NCBI GenBank assembly: GCA_963742665.1
Contig: CAVUNH010000020.1
Coordinates: 22,188-86,187, forward strand
Direction of reading: 5' to 3'
Source of the DNA: an uncultured Alphaproteobacteria bacterium
GTDB lineage: Bacteria; Pseudomonadota; Alphaproteobacteria; Rhizobiales; Xanthobacteraceae
Length of the DNA: 64,000 nucleotides
Under the pieces are notes generated by a model that saw nothing but the letters and a program-made list of their open reading frames with translations, ran no database searches and was not told the origin of the DNA. Numbering within the stretch: the first letter of the stretch is position 1; the number at the start of each line of letters is the position of its first letter. The position numbers were made by a program, and so were the translations under genes. Positions 33,115 to 44,473 of the stretch are shown here, in pieces.

Positions 33115-33871
33115 ATGGATCTCGGATTGAAGGGAAAGAGCGCGCTCGTGACCGGCGGCAGCAAGGGCATCGGGCTCGCGATCGCCGAGCTGTTTGCGGC
33201 CGAGGGCGCCAATGTTGCGATCTGCGCCCGCAATGCCGACGAGGTCGGTAACGTCGTCAGGAGCCTCTCGGCGAAGAGGAGTCAAGTCGTGGGGCCAGGC
33301 GATCGATGTCGCCGATCCCGTCGCGCTGAAGGGCTGGATCGACGGGGCCGCCGCCCAGTTCGGCGGCGTCGATACCATCGTCTGCAATGTCAGCGCGCTG
33401 GCGGTCGGCGATACCGCGGAGACCTGGGAAAAATCGTTCCGCACCGACATGATGCATACCGTCAACTCGGTTGCAGCCGCGGTGCCTTACCTGGAAAAAT
33501 CGAAATCGGCGTCGATCGTCATCGTCTCCAGCGTGTCGGGCTTCGAGGTCGATTTCGCCGCCGGCTCGTACGGCGCCTTCAAGGCGGCCCTGATCCATTA
33601 CGCCAAGGGCCTCAGCAACCAGCTCATTGCCAAGGGCATCCGCGTCAACGCGGTGTCGCCGGGCAACACCTATTTCGAGGGTGGCATCTGGCAGAATATC
33701 GAACGCGGCATGCCCGATCTCTACAAGACGGCGATGTCGCTCAATCCGACCGGACGCATGGGCACGCCGCAGGAAGTCGCCGCCGGCGTGGTGTTCCTCG
33801 CAAGCCCGGTCGCAAGCCGCATCTCCGGCACCAACCTCATCGTCGACGGGGCGCTGACGAAGGCGGTCTAA
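33115..33871 (+). CDS. SDR oxidoreductase, indel near 33278
   Basis: TGGSKGIG, YGAFK, VNAVSPG. Confidence 0.88.
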
Positions 33872-33923
33872 CGCAGCAGGCGGCAACCGCCAGCAAGGGG
33901 GTGTCATCCGGGAAAGCCGCGCG

Positions 33924-34604
33924 TTACCGCGGCGCTGCCGGCTGCAACGGCGCGCGCGACGACGACGCGTCCATCGTTCCGACGCGCTGTAACTCGCCCG
34001 ATTGGAACAAGGTGGGATTGTCGAGATAGGCTAGCGCCATTGGCAACGCGTCCAGTCCCCAGAAAAGTTCGTCGCCGATACGCAATGTCGGGACGCCGAA
34101 CAGCCCGGCGGCGATCGCTCCCTCGGTGTTGGCCCGGAGCCGCGTCTTCGTTTCGGGGGCATCGACAAGCGCCGCCGCTGCGGCAGCATCAAGTCCGAGC
34201 TTTGTACAGGCCGCGCTCCAGCCAACCTCCGTGCCGAGGTCGAGGCCCTCTCGCCATATGCAGTCCATCACCGTCCGAACGGCGCGAGGGTCGCCGTCGA
34301 GCGCCGTCAGCAGCCGCAGCGGCTTGAGTGGATTGAACGGATGTGCCGGCGGAAAACGAAACGGTATCCCTCGGCGCTGCGCCTCGAAGACACAGAGACG
34401 ATAGGTGTGGATCCGTTTCGGCGGGATCTCGGCGGGGCCGAGGTGTTTCCAATGCTGCAGCAAGCCCGCGAACAGGATCGGTCGGTAGGCGATGGTGACC
34501 GATTTCGTCAGATCCTCGATTTCGCGCAGCGCCAGGTACGCAAAAGGAGAGATCACGTCGAAATACCAGGTCGTTGCCGGTGGCGAAGTGGGGGCGGGGG
34601 TCAT
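33924..34604 (-). CDS. 2-hydroxychromene-2-carboxylate isomerase / GST-kappa (DsbA-like) family protein
   Basis: YFDVISPFAYL, GLFGVPT, FWGLD. Confidence 0.85.
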   Translation of the reverse strand: MTPAPTSPPATTWYFDVISPFAYLALREIEDLTKSVTIAYRPILFAGLLQHWKHLGPAEIPPKRIHTYRLCVFEAQRRGIPFRFPPAHPFNPLKPLRLLTALDGDPRAVRTVMDCIWREGLDLGTEVGWSAACTKLGLDAAAAAALVDAPETKTRLRANTEGAIAAGLFGVPTLRIGDELFWGLDALPMALAYLDNPTLFQSGELQRVGTMDASSSRAPLQPAAPR

Positions 34605-35134
34605 TTGATCAACGCGACCGCATCGCGGAAGCGCGGATGCTCGGCGCTTTCGAGCCATTCGAACACGACCATCTCGGTGGTGACGACCTCGGCGCCGTGG
34701 CGTTCCATTCGACGAATTGCGGTTTCCTTGTTTTCGAAGTGGCGCGAGCCGAGCGCGTCGCGAACGATGTAGACTTTCCGTCGAGCGTCGAGCAGGCCCA
34801 GTACGGTTTGCTGTACGCAGACGTGGGCTTCACAGCCGGCCACGACGATCTGCCGGTCGGCGGGGATGGTAGCCAGGAATTCCGGTTCGCGAACGGCATC
34901 GAAATGCATCTTGTGCACCAGCCGGCCGCGATCGACTGGCAGTTCGGCGACCGTTGGACCGAGGCCCTTGGCGTTCTGCTCAGTGATGACCACGGGAACG
35001 TTGATATGGGCGGCCATATCGAGCAGGCGACGGGCGTTCCTGACCACGGTCGCGGCCTGATCGATGGCCGGCATCAGGCGAGCCTGGAAATCGACAAGAA
35101 GCAGGGTGGAGCGTGTCGGGTCTACGGTGAGCAT
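34601..35134 (-). CDS. Isochorismatase-family hydrolase
   Basis: VDFQARL, TEQN..GLG, GCEAHVCV. Confidence 0.88.
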   Translation of the reverse strand: MLTVDPTRSTLLLVDFQARLMPAIDQAATVVRNARRLLDMAAHINVPVVITEQNAKGLGPTVAELPVDRGRLVHKMHFDAVREPEFLATIPADRQIVVAGCEAHVCVQQTVLGLLDARRKVYIVRDALGSRHFENKETAIRRMERHGAEVVTTEMVVFEWLESAEHPRFRDAVALIK

Positions 35135-35139
35135 CGGAA

Positions 35140-35763
35140 TCATTCCTTGGCCAATTGGGCGATCCTGTCGCGGACGTACTGATCCATCAGGTCGGGAGCT
35201 GAGGCGCCGAACATCCTGATCCGGCCGGTGTGCAGCAGCAGCAGCAGGCCGGTCGCATGTGCGAAGCAGTCCACCATCAGCATGTTTGCCATTTGCCGCG
35301 ATGCGCCGAGAACCTCGGCGGCCTCGGCGATCGGGCGCAGGGCAGCCTCCAGCGCCGCGTTCAATTCCTCGTCGCGGGCGTGTCCCAGTCCCGCCGGCTT
35401 CATGCCGCCGCGGAACAGATAGAAGCCGAGATCGAGATCGCGGGGGTTTTCCGCGTAGTACCGAAAGAAGGCCATCGCCGCGGCACGAAGCTTCTGTTTC
35501 GGCCCCCGCGTCCTGGCGACGGCTTCATCAACGGCGCCGCCGAGGGAGGCGAGGGAGTCGCGCAGCGCCTCGGCATAGATCGCTTCCTTGGAATCGAAAT
35601 GGAAATAGAGCGCCGCCGGCGTATATCCGGCTCGCGTTGCGATCGCGCGCAGGCTCGCACCTTCGAGTCCCTCGGACGCGAACACCTCCCGGGCCGCATC
35701 CAGGATCAGGTCCCGCTTGTGTTCGCTGACCGCTACTCTTCGACTTGCGCGCTTTTGCTGCAT
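35140..35763 (-). CDS. TetR-family regulator
   Basis: GASLRAIATRAGYTPAALYFHF. Confidence 0.9.
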   Translation of the reverse strand: MQQKRASRRVAVSEHKRDLILDAAREVFASEGLEGASLRAIATRAGYTPAALYFHFDSKEAIYAEALRDSLASLGGAVDEAVARTRGPKQKLRAAAMAFFRYYAENPRDLDLGFYLFRGGMKPAGLGHARDEELNAALEAALRPIAEAAEVLGASRQMANMLMVDCFAHATGLLLLLHTGRIRMFGASAPDLMDQYVRDRIAQLAKE

Positions 35764-35793
35764 CGGCCGCCTGATTTCCATTCTTGACAGCAA

Positions 35794-35828
35794 TTCCAAC
35801 AATGTTAGATAATCTAACACTGTTTGAA
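35794..35828. promoter_or_regulatory. Long inverted-repeat operator between tetR and the divergent gene
   Basis: ttccaacaatgttagat-a-atctaacactgtttgaa; 17-bp arms with 2 mismatches. Confidence 0.75.
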
Positions 35829-35850
35829 TAATTGAACAAGGAGGATCGTC

Positions 35851-37411
35851 ATGCTGATGACAGCCGCCGACTACCGGGATTCGCTGCGCGCCTACAAGCC
35901 GCGCGTGTTTGTGAACGGCAAGGCCATCGAAAGCGTCGCCGACGAACCGCTGCTCGCGCCGGGCATCGCCGGTGTCGGCGTCACCTACGATTTCGCGCAC
36001 GCAGAAGCAGCATTTGCCGGTCATGACGGCGCGCCAGGGCACGTCGGGCAAGACCGTCAACCGCATGCTCCACATCAACGAGAATTCGACGGACCTGCTC
36101 TACAAGCTCGAGGCGGTCCGTCTGGTCTGCCGGACGTCCGGCTGCGCGCAGCGCTATCTGACGCACGATGCGCTGAACGGCATCTTCCAGTCCACCAGGC
36201 TGACCGACGATCGTCACGGCACCGACTACAGCCAGCGCTTTCTCGGAGCTATCTCCACGACATTCAGGACCGCGACCTGACGCTCGGCGTCGCGATGACC
36301 GACGCCAAGGGCGACCGCTCCATGCGGCCCGGGCCAGCAGGTCAACCGGGACGTCTACGTCCACATCAAGGAGCGGAGGCCGGACGGCATCGTCATCCGC
36401 GGCACCAAGGCGATCGTCACCGGCGCGCCCTATATGCACGAGTTCCTGGTGATGCCCTGCCGAACCCACGTTCCGGAGGACAGGGATTTCGCCGTGTGCT
36501 GCGCGGTCCCCGTCGACGCGCCCGGCGTCACCATCGTCGCGCGCCCCGCGGGCCGGCCCGGCGAGGCCTCCGCCAAGTTCTCGGCCAAATACGGCCAGTC
36601 CGTCGGCGTCGTGATCTTCGACGACGTATTCGTGCCGCACGATCGGGTCTTCCTGGCCGGCGAAACCGAAGAGGGCGGCTTCCTGACCACGTCGTTACGC
36701 GACGCACCATCGGCATTCCTGCATCGGTGCGCGCGCGGGTTTCGGCGATCTCCTGATCGGCGCGGGCGCGCTGATGATCGAGGCCAACGGGCTCGATGCC
36801 GAGCGCCACGCGCACATCCGCGAGGCGATGGTCGAACTGATCACCATCACCGAGAGCTTCTACGCCTGCGGCGTCGCATCCTCGGTCTACTGCACGAAGG
36901 ACCCCGCCGGCTCGGTCATGCCCGATGCGGTGTTCTCCAATATCGGCAAGCTGCTGCTCGCCACCAAAATCTACGACATGCACCGTGTGGCGCATTACGT
37001 ATCGGGCGGTCTCATCGTCGCGCTGCCGGGACCCGACGAGGACCACAATCCGGAGACGCGGCCTCGCTGGCTGCCGTGATGGGCGGCCGTCCGGACATTC
37101 CGGCCGAGCAGCGGGCCGAGGTCGCGCGCTTCATCGAGGATCTCACCGTCTCGCACCAGGCCGGTTGGTACTCGGTGATCTCGCTGCATGGCGGCGGCTC
37201 GCCGGAAGCGATGAAGCGCGAGATCTGGCGCAACTATCCCGTGATGGAAAAGGTCGATCTGGTCGAGAACCTGCTCGACCGCGGCGTCCTCGATGAGGGC
37301 CGCCGCGTCTCGAAGCAACCGGGCCGGTGCTGCGCGACGGGATGCGAGGTGCCGGAACCCCTGGCCGGTCGTTCCGCGGACAAACCCGCGCTCGAAGGCG
37401 CGGCCGAGTAA
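35851..37411 (+). CDS. 4-hydroxybutyryl-CoA dehydratase / HpaB-family flavoprotein, about 5 indels
   Basis: YRDSLR..RVFVNG, AMTDAKGDRS, GTKAIVTG, FDDVFVPHDRVF, SLHGGGSP. Confidence 0.8.
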
Positions 37412-37457
37412 TCGCGCCGGCGGGCGCCGGACACACAAACCATCCGGGAGCAAAGCC

Positions 37458-38069
37458 ATGCAGCCTGCAACGATGTTTGTGTTTGCCGTGACGGTGATGC
37501 CACTGGTTTGCACGCCCGGCCCCGACATTCTTTTTATCGCATCACAGGGATTATCCAGGGGCCCGCGCGCCGCCATGCGTGCGAACCTGGGCGTACTGCT
37601 CGGGTATTTGATGCACGCCCTTCTTGCCGCTTTCGGCGTGGCTGCCGTTGTCGCCGCCTCGCCGGTGCTGTTTGAAATATTGCGCTGGATCGGTGTCGCC
37701 TATTTGGCCTATCTCGCCATCGGATTGATCCGGTCCGCGATGCATCCCGGCCATCTATCACTCGCTGAAAGTCCCGGCAACGCGCTGGTCAGGCGAGGCT
37801 TTCTGACCAGCTTTCTGAATCCGAAGGGATTGATGGTTTACTTCGCCATATTGCCTAACTTCATGACCTCCGGCGACGGCGTTGCATTACAAGCCGCCGT
37901 TCTTTCCGTGATTTTCATTGCGTTGTGCGGCATCGTCTACAGCGCGGTCGGCTTTGTCGTTTCTTCGATGGCTCGACGAGGCAGCTTCAGCGACCGTCGT
38001 CGCCGTTGCGTGGAAGGTGCGGCGGGCGGGCTCCTGATCTTTGCTGCCGGCCGGCTCGCCGTGAACTGA
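37458..38069 (+). CDS. LysE/RhtB family exporter
   Basis: TPGPD, GFLTSFLNPK. Confidence 0.9.
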   Translation: MQPATMFVFAVTVMPLVCTPGPDILFIASQGLSRGPRAAMRANLGVLLGYLMHALLAAFGVAAVVAASPVLFEILRWIGVAYLAYLAIGLIRSAMHPGHLSLAESPGNALVRRGFLTSFLNPKGLMVYFAILPNFMTSGDGVALQAAVLSVIFIALCGIVYSAVGFVVSSMARRGSFSDRRRRCVEGAAGGLLIFAAGRLAVN

Positions 38070-38254
38070 GACTCGCGAAGCAGGCGTCAAGAGCAGCGTC
38101 CTGCCGTTCGTGCCACGTCAACGGCGCAGCGAAGGCATTCCGCGCGTCAGTTGGAGCGACTGCCGAAGTGATCGACCTCATGTGTGACGCTCCCCGCCGC
38201 GGTTGCTCGTGGCGGCCGCATCCATTGGCGCATCACGGTTGTCGCAGATAAATA

Positions 38255-38420
38255 TCAATATATTGACTAAGTGGCCTGATCGAACTTGGGAGGAACCGGA
38301 ACTGGTTTCGATCGCTGTCGCGATATATTAGAAAATGTCGGGAATATATGATGTATTGTCATGTGTTTGAGCCGGTGCAGTGGCGAACAGGCAAGCGAGA
38401 TATGAAAATATATTGACATA
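38255..38420. promoter_or_regulatory. AT-rich promoter with repeated CAATATATTG-type palindromes (candidate MarR/BadR operators)
   Basis: Perfect tcaatatattga at 38255-66; near-palindrome tatgaaaatatattgacata at 38401-20. Confidence 0.55.
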
Positions 38421-38486
38421 AAATGGTAATCGGATATGTCTGCGGCGGTCGCTGGATAGAGGCGGCGCGTTGTGCCGGGTTTGCGC

Positions 38487-40496
38487 ATGTTGGACGCTCA
38501 CGCAGTTCTTTTCGATCCCATCCGCGTCGGCCGGCTCACCCTGTCGAGCCGGCTTGTGATGGGGTCGATGCATACCGGCCTCGAGTGCCATCCGGAGCGC
38601 TTCGACGAGCTCGGGCGGTTCTATGCCGAGCGCGCCAAAGGCGGCGCCGGACTGATCGTCACCGGCGGGTTTGCGCCTAACTATCGCCGGCCGAATGAAG
38701 AATGAGCCCGGAACTTTCGAGCGGCCGGATCAGGTCGAAGCTCACCGCAAGATCACCGCCCCGGTCCATCGGGCAGGTGGGCGCATTCTCCTGCAGATCC
38801 TGCACGCCGGTCGCTACGGCTATCACCCGGCCGTCGTCGCGCCGTCCGCCGTCAAGTCGCCGATCAACCGCGACATGCCTGCGAGCTGTCCGCCGCGCAG
38901 ATCGAGGAGACGATCGCGAACTACGCGACGACGGCAGGCCTGGCGATCGAGGCCGGCTATGACGGCGTCGAGATCATGGGATCGGAAGGCTATCTGATCA
39001 GCGAGTTTCTGGCCCCGCGCACCAACCAGCGCGACGACGCGTGGGGCGGCCGGCTCGAAAACCGCGCGCGCTTTCCGCTTGCCGTGGTCGGGGCGGTCCG
39101 AAAGGCGATCGGCGATGCCATCATATCCTACCGGATCTCCGCGCTCGAACTGATCGAGGGCGGCCTGACCGACGACTGAAACGATCTGGCTGGCCAAGGA
39201 GATCGAGAAGGCCGGCGCCGATTGCCTCTCGACCGGTATCGGCTGGCATGAAGCCGACCGTGCCCACCATCGCCGGTCACGGTTCCGCATGCGGCCTTCA
39301 TCGAATCGACGCGCAGATTGAAGAAGGCGGTTTCGATCCCGGTGACGGCCAGCAACCGGATCAACCTGCCGGATGATGCAGCCAAGGTGATTTCCGACGG
39401 TTCGGCCGATCTGGTCTCGATGGCGCGCCCGTTTCTCGCGGACGCCGATTTCGTCAACAAGGTCAGGCGCGGCCGGCCGGATCTCGTCAATATCTGCATC
39501 GCCTGCAATCAGGCCTGTCTCGATCATTACTTCACCGATCAGGTCATCACTTGCCTGGTCAATCCGCGCGCTGCGCGCGAGAAGCGAATTCACCGATGAG
39601 CCGGCGCCGGCGCGTCAAGCGCGTGGCCGTGCATCGGCGCCGGCGTTGCCGGAATTGCCGCGGCGCTGGAAGCGGCGCGACGCGGGCACCATGTCACGTT
39701 GTTCGAGGCGTCCATCGAGATCGGTGGTCAATTCACGCTGGCGGCCGATCATCCCCGGCAAGGAAGACTACGGCCTGGCGCTGAAGAGCCTTGCAGGCTC
39801 AACTCGCCGAAGCGGGCGTCGAGGTCCGGACCGGGCAGCCGGTCGATGCGAAGTCGCTGCAAGCGCTGCGAATTTCGACGAGGTCGTGATCTCGACGGGC
39901 GTCAGCGCCGCGCCTGTTCGACATTCCCGGCGGGCGACGATCCACGGGTCGTCGGATACACGAAAATCCTCGACGGAACGGTGAAGGCCGGCGAACGCGT
40001 GGTGATTATCGGCGGCGGCGGCATCGGTCACGACGTCGCGCTCTTCCTTGCGCATGGAGAGAACGGGAGGCGGCAGACGCGCGAAGAGTTCTTCGAGCGC
40101 TGGGGCCTCAACGGCAAGCCGCAAGCCGCATCCGCCACGCCGCCAGATCACGATGGTGAAGCGCTCGCCGGGCGCCTTCGGCCGCACGCTCGGCAAGAGC
40201 ACCGGCTGGATCCTGCGGCAGGAACTGAAGGATCTCGGGGTTCGCCAGATCGCCGATGCGACCTACTCAGGATCGACGCGCGATGGCCTGCACGTCGCGC
40301 TGTCGGATCGCAACGAGGTCCTGCCGGCCGATACGATCGTCGTCTGCGCGGGCCAGGAATCGGATCGCGGCCATCGCCGACGAACTCGAGGCGAACGGAC
40401 AGCAGGTTCATGTCATCGGCGGCGCGCGGCTTGCCGGCGAGCTCGATGCCAAGCGCGCGATCAATGAAGGCGCGATCGTCGGCAACCGGCATCTGA
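38487..40496 (+). CDS. fadH: NADPH-dependent 2,4-dienoyl-CoA reductase-like OYE/Fe-S flavoprotein, many indels
   Basis: MGSMHTGLE, LQILHAGRY, MGSEGYLI, CIACNQACLD..CLVNP, GKSTGWI, ELDAKRAI across several frames. Confidence 0.82.
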
Positions 40497-40548
40497 GAAA
40501 ATCGCAAGGCTATGGCGATACGCATCGACGCAGCAGGAAGGAAAAACG

Positions 40549-42192
40549 ATGGGATGGATCTGAAGTGCAGGATTTCCTGCAACGGCGGCCGGCGAATTTC
40601 CGCCCGATGACGCCGATGCAGTTTCTTCGTCGCGCCGCCGACGTTTTTCCCGACCGGCACGGCGGTCATTCACGGCGAGTATCAGATACACCTGGCGCGA
40701 CCACGACCGGCGTTGCCGGCTGCTCGCTTCCGCGCTGCAGGCGAAGCGGCGTCGGCACCGGCGAAATCGTGGCGGTTCTGTCGCCCGAACACGCCGGCCA
40801 TGCTGGAGGCGCATTTCGGCGTTCCGATGTCGGGCGCAGTGCTCAATGCACTCAACACGCGCCTCGATGCCGCGGCCATCGCCTTCATCCTCGAGCATTC
40901 CGAGACGCAAGGCGTTCCTCGTCGACCGGCAATGGAGCCATGTGGCCAAGGATGCGCTGTCGAACCTGAAGTCCCGGCCGCTGGTTATCGATATCGAGGA
41001 CGTCTATGCGGAGGGCGGAGAGCTGATCGGCGAATGTGACTACGAAGAGCTTCTTCAAGCGCGGCGACGCCGACGACCCGATTCGCTGGCCGGACGACGA
41101 GTTCGAGGCGATCACGCTGAACTACACGTCGGGCACGACCGGCAACCCGAAGGGCGCGCTGTATCACCATCGCGGCTGCTACCTGAACACCCTGGGCCAG
41201 ATCGTCCACCATCAGCCTCAACAGCGATTCCATCTATCTCTGGACGCTGCCGATGTTCCACGTCAACGGCTGGTGCTTCGCCTGGGGCGATGGCCGCGAT
41301 CGGCGGCACGCATGTCTGTCTGCGGAAGGTGATGGCCGACGAAATTTTCCACTCGATCGACAGAGCACGACGTGACGCATATGTGCGGCGCGCCGACCGT
41401 GCTCGGCATGCTGATCGAGGGCGCGACGAAGACAGGCCGGAAGCTCGATCGTCCCGTCGCGATCATGACCGCGGGCGCTGCACCGCCCGCACCGATGCTG
41501 AAGGCAACGGAAGAACTTGGATTCGTCGTCCGTCATGTCTACGGCATGACCGAGATGCACGGCGTGGCCGCGCTTTGCGACTGGCATCGGGAGTGGAACT
41601 CGCTCGCTGCCGAGCAGCGTTCGAAGCTGATGGCGCGCCAGGGCGTGCGCACCGTGGTCACGGACGACATGATCGTCGCCGATCCGATAACGCTGGTGCC
41701 GGTGCCGCATGACGCCACGACGATCGGCGAGATACTCTTCCGCGGCAACAACGGCATGAAGGGCTATCTCAAGAACCCCGAAGGCGACGGACGAGGCATT
41801 TGCCGGCGGCTGGTACCGGACCGGCGATCTCGCCGTGATCCATCCCAACGGCTACGTCGAAATCAAGGACCGCTCCAAGGACATCATCATCTCGGGCGGC
41901 GAGAATATCTCGTCGATCGAGATCGAGGAGGTCGATGTTCCAGCACCCCGCGGTGTCCTACGCCGCCGCGGTCGCCATGAAGGACGAGCGTTGGGGTGAA
42001 ACGCCCTGCGTGTTCGTCGAGCTCAAGGAAGGTTACGACGGCAAGGTCACGGCCGCGGAGATGCTCGAGTTTTGCCGCGCGCGGCTGGCGAAGTTCAAGC
42101 TGCCGCGCAAGTTCGTGTTCGGTCCGATCGAACGAACTTCCACCGGCAAGGTGCAGAAGTTCAAGCTCCGGGCGATGGCGCAGAGCAACTAG
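40549..42192 (+). CDS. Acyl-CoA synthetase (AMP-binding), many indels
   Basis: [41 protein letters not shown]. Confidence 0.85.
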
Positions 42193-42220
42193 CGATCAAC
42201 CATCAACACGGAGAAGGAAC

Positions 42221-42996
42221 ATCAAGGGTCTCGGGAGCCGCGTCGCGATCGTCACTGGGGCGGCCGGTGGAATCGGCCGCGCGATCTGCCGCGCGCTTCG
42301 TCGAAGAGGACGTCAGGATCATCGCCACGGATATCGACACCGTGGCGCTGAAGGACCTCTCGGAACGACTTCGCGCGGACAGAGTCGCGGCTGCTTTGCG
42401 GTTGCCGCGGACATCACCGACTATGAAGCGCGTCCAGGAGCGCTGTCGAGCAGGGCGTCGCGAAGTTCGGCAAGATCGATATCCTCGTCAACAACGCCGG
42501 ATGGGACCTCGCCAAAGCCGTTCCTGCAGACCGGAGCCCGATCTCTGGGACAAGATCATCGCCATCAACCTGCGCGGCCCGCTTAACCTGCACAAGGCCG
42601 TGCTTCCTCACATGATCGCCGCAGGCGGCGGGCACGGTCATCAACATCGCCTCCGACGCAGGCCGCGTCGGATCGTCGGGCGAGGCGGTCTATTCGGCGT
42701 GCAAGGGCGGGTTGATCGCGTTCTCGAAGACGATCGCGCGGGAATATGCGCGCAACAACATCAGGGTCAATGTCGTGTGTCCCGGCCCGACCGACACGGC
42801 GTTGCTGCATTCGTTCCTCGGCGATGGCGAGTACGGGCAGAAGCTGTACGAGCGCTTGCAGAAGTCGATCCCGCTCAAACGTCTCGGCCAGCCGGACGAC
42901 ATTCCGGGACTGGTCGCCTTCCTGTCCAGCGACGACGCGCGTTTCATGACGGGTCAGGTCGTCAGCATTTCCGGCGGCCTGACGATGCACGGATGA
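42221..42996 (+). CDS. badH: BadH-like 2-hydroxycyclohexanecarboxyl-CoA dehydrogenase (SDR), several indels
   Basis: TGAAGGIG, VNNAGWD, SDAGRVGSSGEAVYSACKGG, VCPGPTDT, SGGLTMHG; the expected start codon reads ATC. Confidence 0.75.
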
Positions 42997-42999
42997 GGA

Positions 43000-43799
43000 G
43001 TGATCGTGCAGTATCAAGACATCGCCTATGACGTCCGCAGTTCGGCGGCCTGGATCACGATCAACCGGCCGGAGAAGTACAACGCCTTCCGCGGCGTGAC
43101 CTGCGAGGAACTCATCGACGCCTTCAACCGTGCGGGATGGGACAAGGCCATCGCCGCCATCGTTCTTACCGGCGCCGGCGCGAAGGCGTTTTGCACCGGC
43201 GGCGATCAGTCGGCGCATGACGGCGCGACCTATGACGGCCGCGGCATGATCGGCCTGCCTGTGGAGGAGTTGCAGACGATCATTCGCGACGTGCCCAAGC
43301 CGGTCATTGCGCGCGTCAATGGTTTTGCCGTGGGCGGCGGCAACGTCCTCGTTACCTGCTGCGATCTCGCGATCGCGTCTTCGACCGCGATCTTCGGACA
43401 AGTCGGACCGAAGGTCGGCTCGGTCGATCCCGGATTTGGAACGGCTCTGCTCGCCCGTGTCGTCGGTGAGAAGAAAGCGCGGGAGATCTGGATGCTTTGC
43501 GTCGCTACACGGCCGAGCAGGCGCTGCAGATGGGGCTCATCAATGCGGTTGTTCCGCCGGAAAAGCTCGACGAGGAAGTCGAGCTTTGGTGCGCTGAGAT
43601 CGCGGCGCTGAGCCCGACGGCGATTGCGATCGCCAAGAGGTCGTTCAATCAGGATTCGGAATCGATCCGTGGCATCTCGGCGATGGGAATGCAGGCGCTC
43701 ACCCTGTTCTACCAAACGGAGGAATCGCGAGAAGGGGTAAACGCGTTTCTCGAGAAGCGGCCGCCGAAATTCCGCATGGGCTCGCAACCGTATCGGTAA
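43000..43799 (+). CDS. badI: BadI-like 2-ketocyclohexanecarboxyl-CoA hydrolase (crotonase), indel near 43500
   Basis: INRPEKYNAF, FCTGGDQS..YDGRG.IGLP, GSVDPGFGT, AREIW. Confidence 0.82.
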
Positions 43800-43802
43800 C
43801 CG

Positions 43803-44276
43803 ATGGGGCGCCACCTGGACTCGGGCAGTGACGAACTGAACAACCGCATCTTCTGTCGGTTGTTTCAGCTCGGCAATCTGTTGCAGCGCCAGGCGGTGCG
43901 GCAGCTCGGGATTACCACCATCCAGTGGGCCGTGCTTGGGGCCTTGTCGGAAGCGAAATTCCAGTCCGGCGTCCCCGTCGGCGATCTCGCCGAATATCTC
44001 GTCGTCGGCCGGCAAAACCTTGGCTGGGTTCTGAAGCGGCTCGAGCGTGATTCGTTGCTGGAGCGTGTGGCGGGAGAGGGCGACCGGCGTGCCCGCATCG
44101 TGCGCCTGACCGCCGACGGCCGCCAATTTTGGGCCGATCTGCTGGAGCAAATTGACGCCTTCTGTGATCAGGCGGCTGCAAGCCTTGCGGCCGCTGAGCG
44201 AATTGCACTGGCGCGCTACCTCTATGATCTTCAAGCGGACCTGAACGCAGTCAAGCTGCCTGGCGTCAAGGACTAA
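43803..44276 (+). CDS. MarR-family (BadR-like) regulator 1
   Basis: NRIFCRLFQ..QWAVLGALS..VGRQNL..LKRLERD. Confidence 0.85.
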   Translation: MGRHLDSGSDELNNRIFCRLFQLGNLLQRQAVRQLGITTIQWAVLGALSEAKFQSGVPVGDLAEYLVVGRQNLGWVLKRLERDSLLERVAGEGDRRARIVRLTADGRQFWADLLEQIDAFCDQAAASLAAAERIALARYLYDLQADLNAVKLPGVKD

Positions 44277-44473
44277 GCCGGACGGGGCGATGGCCGGGGT
44301 CCGCCATGGATTTGGCGTGGTGCGAGACCGTTGCCGGCGCCGGGATGGCGCCTTTTCCCCCGGAATAGCAGACCGGCGCTCCGGCATCGTTGCCAACCGT
44401 GTGAAATATATGCATTTTTGGCTTCTGGGTCCGGGCCAATCCCGACCCTGAACTTGTGGGATAGAACGCACAA

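Noticed and set aside
43000-43799. menB naphthoate synthase
   Set aside because: The short YDGRG-IGLP segment, the adjacent badH-like SDR and the absence of men genes favour BadI.
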